Assembly: GCA_015057585.1 (NCBI GenBank)
Contig: SVEF01000013.1
Coordinates: 27,054-91,053 of the forward strand
Direction of reading: 5' to 3'
Source: Lachnospiraceae bacterium
GTDB taxonomy: Bacteria; Bacillota; Clostridia; Lachnospirales; Lachnospiraceae
Length of the DNA: 64,000 bases
The position numbers and the translations under genes are program-made. Below, one piece after another: positions 60,108 through 64,000 of the stretch (the stretch's first letter is position 1; each line of letters begins with the position of its first letter). The notes beneath the pieces were generated by a model. It saw nothing but the letters and a program-made list of their open reading frames with translations. It was not told where the DNA came from and searched no databases.

Positions 60108-61631
60108 ATGAAGAATTTTATTAAAGCACATACAAAATTATGGATTGGTTGTATCGTGGGTGGTATTGCAGTTATAGGAATTATGCTTTTCGTGGTTCCT
60201 CAATTTGTGGAGCAGCCTGATGTAACTCCTACGCCAACTATAGCTCCAACTAATACACAGGCTCCAACAGTAACTATAGAGCCTACAACCGAACCGACTT
60301 CTGAACCAACTGTAAATCCAACAAACACTATAACACCTACAGAAATTCCTGTGGTAACTGTAGAGCCAACTGTAGAACCAACTAAGGCTCCTACCAACAC
60401 ACCTATAGTAACCCCAACATTCACTCCGGTTCCTACACCAACGTTGAGTCCTACTCCGAGTCCTACACCTTTTATTCCTCCTACACCAGTACCTACAAAC
60501 ACACCGACTCCTACACCGAGTCCTACACCTACTAATACTCCTACTCCTACTGTTACTAATACTCCTACACCAAGTCCTACTAATACTCCTACACCAACAC
60601 CAACAGTAGTACCAAGCACATTACGTGCAAATGTACAGATGGGCGATAATGTATATTTTAAATACTATGATGATGGAACATTAGTAGTTACCGGTACGGG
60701 TAGTACATGGGATTTTGCAAACAACGATGATATGTTAAATGTTTTTAGCAAAAACTCTGGTATTGATAAAACTTCTCTTGTGAAAAACAATTACTTAATG
60801 AAAGAAACAACCGTGATTATCATCAATGAGGGAGTTACTCGAATTGGCGATTGTGTTTTTATTACAAACTATCAAAATACAACAGACGTTTATTTACCTA
60901 GTTCTCTCAAATCTGTTGGAAAGTATGGTTTCTACAGAGTTGGTTACATTTATAAAAATACAACTTGGCATAATCTCAATCTTGATAAATTAACATTTAT
61001 GGACACTTCTTTCGGTAAAACCAATGCACTTGATGGTTATACAAAGGAAGAAATTGAAAAAGTTCAGGTAACACCAACACCTACACCAAGTCCAACGGTA
61101 ACACCTACTCCAAACCCGGCAAAACCAAGAGAAATCTTTGTTGTAAAGGGTAGTAGCGAAATAGTAATGACCTATATTGACAACGGAACTTTAGTAGTTA
61201 CCGGTACGGGGACTTTAAATGAATGTTTGAATTTCACTCGTTATTGTCAGCGAAATAATATTCCTCTTACATCTGAAGTGTTAAAGCATTTAGTAATTGA
61301 AGAAGGATTTACTGATTTATATGAAATGTGTCTTGATTATACACATTATAGTGGTCTCCCGGTACTTTTCGAAACAATTACTCTACCAAAGTCTTTAACC
61401 AAAGTGTACAATAGAAAAGACCATTCTTCTTATGGAGCTGGTGGTCAATATTGTGGTTGCATTAAAGTTGGTGGAAAGTTAATTGCTTATGATAAAAATG
61501 GCAATAAATTTCAATTTACTGTAACAAAACTGCCATCAGAAAAACATTATGGAGCTATTGTTCATGAAATTTTCAACTGGCTTAATGATGGAACTTATAG
61601 TCAATACGGTACGCTTAAGTGGATTGATTAA
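60108..61631 (+). CDS. Membrane-anchored surface protein: N-terminal TM helix, ~150-aa Pro/Thr-rich linker and two BspA-like leucine-rich-repeat-type domains
   Basis: PTPTPSPTPTNTPTPT linkers. Domains have the pattern TVIIINEGVTRIGDCVFITNYQNTTDVYLPSSLKSVGKYGF. ATG at 60108 with an AAAGGAGAA RBS. Confidence 0.5.
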   Translation: MKNFIKAHTKLWIGCIVGGIAVIGIMLFVVPQFVEQPDVTPTPTIAPTNTQAPTVTIEPTTEPTSEPTVNPTNTITPTEIPVVTVEPTVEPTKAPTNTPIVTPTFTPVPTPTLSPTPSPTPFIPPTPVPTNTPTPTPSPTPTNTPTPTVTNTPTPSPTNTPTPTPTVVPSTLRANVQMGDNVYFKYYDDGTLVVTGTGSTWDFANNDDMLNVFSKNSGIDKTSLVKNNYLMKETTVIIINEGVTRIGDCVFITNYQNTTDVYLPSSLKSVGKYGFYRVGYIYKNTTWHNLNLDKLTFMDTSFGKTNALDGYTKEEIEKVQVTPTPTPSPTVTPTPNPAKPREIFVVKGSSEIVMTYIDNGTLVVTGTGTLNECLNFTRYCQRNNIPLTSEVLKHLVIEEGFTDLYEMCLDYTHYSGLPVLFETITLPKSLTKVYNRKDHSSYGAGGQYCGCIKVGGKLIAYDKNGNKFQFTVTKLPSEKHYGAIVHEIFNWLNDGTYSQYGTLKWID

Positions 61632-61701
61632 CAACCAAATAAACTTTCCTTTTATAGAGGGAATAGAGAAGGTAGGATTTTTATATCCTACCTTTTTTTC
61701 T

Positions 61702-61740
61702 TCACATAAAATTAAACAGACAGTCATCTAATATATAGGG
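61702..61740 (+). repeat. Island motif copy 8
   Basis: TCACATAAAATTAAACAGACAGTCATCTAATATATAGGG, directly after the terminator at 61670-61700. The downstream reading frame is open from the last base of the motif. Confidence 0.8.
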
Positions 61741-63666
61741 CTTACTTTTGCCTCAGCTCCGGCTACCGGAACTTTAACTCAATCTGTAACAGTTCAACTG
61801 ACTATCGTAAGTCAAGAATATAAAGTTTCTTTAGATGCAAATAACGGAAAAAATAATGCAAATTATGACTCAGACGGCCCGTTTTCTGTGTTTTATAAAG
61901 AAACCACCAACAATAATATTTCTCAGTACACTCCATCAAGAACAGGATATATCTTTTCCGGATGGATGAATTCAATAAATGACAATGACGGTGTGTATGT
62001 TTATGACAAAAATGGCATCTTTGTTAATAATACAGGCTATTGGACAAATGACATATGGACTGCATTAAGCGGAGCCATGCTTTATGCACAATGGTCTCCT
62101 AGAACTTATCTTGTCACGTTCGATGCAAATGGTGGTATTTGTGCGGAACAAACCAAAAGTGTAACTTTTGAAGCAACTTATGGTACACTTCCTACACCAA
62201 CAAGAACAGGATATGTTTTTTCAGGATGGTATACTGCAAAAACAGGTGGAACTCTTGTTACAAGTTCTACAACTGTTTCAACAGCTTCAGACCACACTTT
62301 GTATGCACAGTGGACCCCATCTCCATATACGGTTTCTTTAGACCAGCAGGGTGGTTGGAATGGAACTATTAGCGTTATTGCGGATTACGAACAACCTATG
62401 CCAACTCCAATTACGTTGCCGGAAAAACAATTTACTGTTACTTTTGATGGAACCGGAGGTACTCCGGAGGTTCCTTCGTTACAAGCTGTTTGTACATTTT
62501 TAGGATATTTTGCATCAAGAGGTGGCGTCGGAACTCAGTATTACACAAGTACAGGAGCTTCTGCCCATATTTGGGATGTACCTCAAAATTCAACAATATA
62601 TGCAAACTGGCAAACCTCAGAAATTGTTTTACCAAATGCATCTCGAGATGGATATTCGTTTTCCGGATGGTTTTCTGATAGAGTTAATACCGACTTTATT
62701 GGAAATGCCGGAGAATATTATCAGGTAAATGATAATACAACTCTTTATGCATCGTGGACCGCAAACACATATAATGTCTTTTTTGACGCAAATACAGGAT
62801 ATTGTTATTTAGAAAAAAAAGAAGTTTTATATGACGACCGTTATGGCGAACTTCCTTTAGCAACCGTTAGAAAAGACGGAACATTCTTCGACGTTGATGG
62901 AGAATGGGTAAGACCTCAAGATTCAATCCTTTATGCTCACTGGTCGGCTAATACTTACATCGTTGGCGGTATGGACCTTGACGACACGCTTACTTCCAGA
63001 GATGAAATCAATGCAAAGATGGTTATTGTGCTTGATGAAGCAACAGACCAGTGGGGTATTAAAGTAACTCGTGTAGAAATCAAAAACATTATGCCTCCTC
63101 GTGATATTCAGGAAGCGATGGACAAGCAGATGAAAGCAGAACGCGAAAAGAGACAAACCTTACTGGAAGCTCAGGCACACAGAGAAGCTTCTGTAACAAG
63201 AGCAGAAGGTGACAAACAAGCAGCAATTCTTAAAGCCGAAGCGGAAAGAGATGCGGCTATTGCAAGAGCTACCGGTGAAGCAGAAAGTATTAGACTCGTT
63301 TACGAAGCCGAAGCGAATGGTCTTAAGTTGCTCGCAGAAGCCGGTGTAAATGAAACGGTACTTGCTTTAAAGAAAGTAGAAGCCTTAAAAGAACTCGGTC
63401 ATGGACAGGCAACCAAGATTGTGGTTCCTACAGAAATTGCAAGTTTAGCAGCAGATATGACGATTAAGGGAGAGCTTCTTGACATTGCGGATAAAGCAAA
63501 CATCACTCCAGAAATTCCAATCGTACAAAATCAGGACGATTGTTGTGATGACGACAATCGCACCACAACAACAAAAGATTTAAAAGAACAACAGAAACAA
63601 AACTTCAAATCTATGTCAAAAGAAGAGCGAACAGAACTTTTGGATAAAGTACTACATCGTAAGTAA
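61732..63666 (+). pseudogene. Chimeric, 5'-truncated ORF: Listeria-Bacteroides (Flg_new-type) surface repeats without start codon or signal peptide, fused in frame at about 62950 to the C-terminal half of an SPFH/band-7 domain protein
   Basis: The frame is open from 61732 with no ATG/GTG/TTG until the GTG at 61888. Repeats show YxVxFDANGG...GYxFSGW...LYAxW. From GGMDLDDTLTSRDEINAKMVIVLDEATDQWGIKVTRVEIKNI...AEREKR the sequence is a stomatin/HflK-like SPFH C-terminus. GC rises at the junction. Confidence 0.5.
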
Positions 63667-63673
63667 TTGACAA

Positions 63674-63704
63674 AACCCCCTCTAACATGAGGGGGCTTTT
63701 TTTT
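63674..63704 (+). terminator. Rho-independent terminator
   Basis: CCCCCTC-taacat-GAGGGGG followed by CTTTTTTTT. Confidence 0.7.
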
Positions 63705-63705
63705 A

Positions 63706-63744
63706 CTCATAAAATTAAACAAATTTTTATCTAATAGATAGATA
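63706..63744 (+). repeat. Island motif copy 9
   Basis: CTCATAAAATTAAACAAATTTTTATCTAATAGATAGATA, about 40 nt upstream of the next ATG. Confidence 0.8.
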
Positions 63745-63784
63745 CCTAATTACAAGAAATTTCAAACAGTATAGGAAAAATAAT

Positions 63785-64000
63785 ATGGAAAAGTGCGGTG
63801 TTTTTTTAGCAAGAATGCAACCGGTTCATAATGCTCATCTACATATGGTACGAAGAGCTCTAAAAGAATGTGATAAAGTTTTAGTTGTCCTTACGGAATA
63901 CAAAACAAAGCTTAACGAACTCCATGATTTAATCAAAGAAAATCCCTTTCGTAGAGGATATGAAGCAAATGTAAATTATGGTAAAGGCTATTATAAGCTT
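63785..64000 (+). CDS. Nucleotidyltransferase of the NadM/NMN-adenylyltransferase-like cytidylyltransferase family, N-terminal part (continues beyond the window)
   Basis: GVFLARMQPVHNAHLHMVRRALKECDKVLVVL matches the G-R-F-Q-P-x-H-x-G-H (H/T)xGH motif region of the archaeal-type NMNAT/cytidylyltransferase fold. AGGAAAAA RBS. Confidence 0.45.
   Translation, partial: MEKCGVFLARMQPVHNAHLHMVRRALKECDKVLVVLTEYKTKLNELHDLIKENPFRRGYEANVNYGKGYYKL

Noticed and set aside
60200-60619. Minus-strand ORF encoding a GVGVGV-rich 139-aa peptide
   Set aside because: It is the reverse-complement reading of the Pro/Thr-rich linker (ACNCCN repeats) of the 60108..61631 surface protein, not a gene.
52398-63744. Interpretation of the repeated 38-nt motif as integron attC sites or MITE-type transposable elements
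   Set aside because: The motif is not an imperfect palindrome, it lacks GTTRRRY core sites, and it has no terminal inverted repeats or target-site duplications. The adjacent hairpins differ in sequence between copies and carry T-runs, so they are better explained as ordinary intrinsic terminators. I cannot strictly exclude a recombination role for the motif itself.

Overview
This 64-kb window looks like a chromosomal segment from a low-GC, spore-forming Firmicute (Clostridia or Lachnospiraceae-like). Genes are densely packed and mostly on the + strand, with AGGAGG-type ribosome-binding sites (RBS) and rho-independent terminators.

From left to right I see:
- 1-20 kb, housekeeping core. A partial isocitrate/isopropylmalate-dehydrogenase-family gene, a GntR regulator, a lipoprotein GH51 arabinofuranosidase on the minus strand, a CPBP (CAAX-type) intramembrane protease, CorA, two tandem ABC-2-like permeases, ytfI/ytfJ-like sporulation genes, rpmB (L28), an Asp23-YloV(DAK2)-RecG block, and a SpoVK-like AAA ATPase.
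- 20.7-28 kb, cell-envelope glycosylation cluster. Two modules, each a family-2 glycosyltransferase (GT2) plus a giant polytopic membrane protein, flank UDP-galactopyranose mutase (glf).
- 28-51 kb, arabinan/arabinoxylan utilisation locus. An ArsR-type regulator, a second GH51 enzyme (three GH43 enzymes lie further down the locus), two sugar ABC transporters with unusually large binding proteins, and several large secreted proteins I cannot name.
- 51-52.3 kb. An acyltransferase-3 gene and an alpha/beta-type small acid-soluble spore protein (SASP) gene that is missing from the ORF track.
- 52.3 kb to the window end. GC drops sharply into an AT-rich accessory island of single-gene cassettes. 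These include a HipA-like kinase, a NADAR protein, a ParB-like nuclease-domain protein, small membrane proteins, surface proteins with Pro/Thr-rich linkers, and a partial NadM-like nucleotidyltransferase. Almost every cassette has its own terminator.

The most striking structure is a conserved ~38-nt intergenic motif repeated at least nine times across this island, typically right after a terminator and upstream of the next gene. One ORF abuts the motif with no start codon and is a mosaic of a surface-repeat protein and an SPFH-domain C-terminus. I could not see an integrase, tRNA, CRISPR array or rRNA anywhere in the window.
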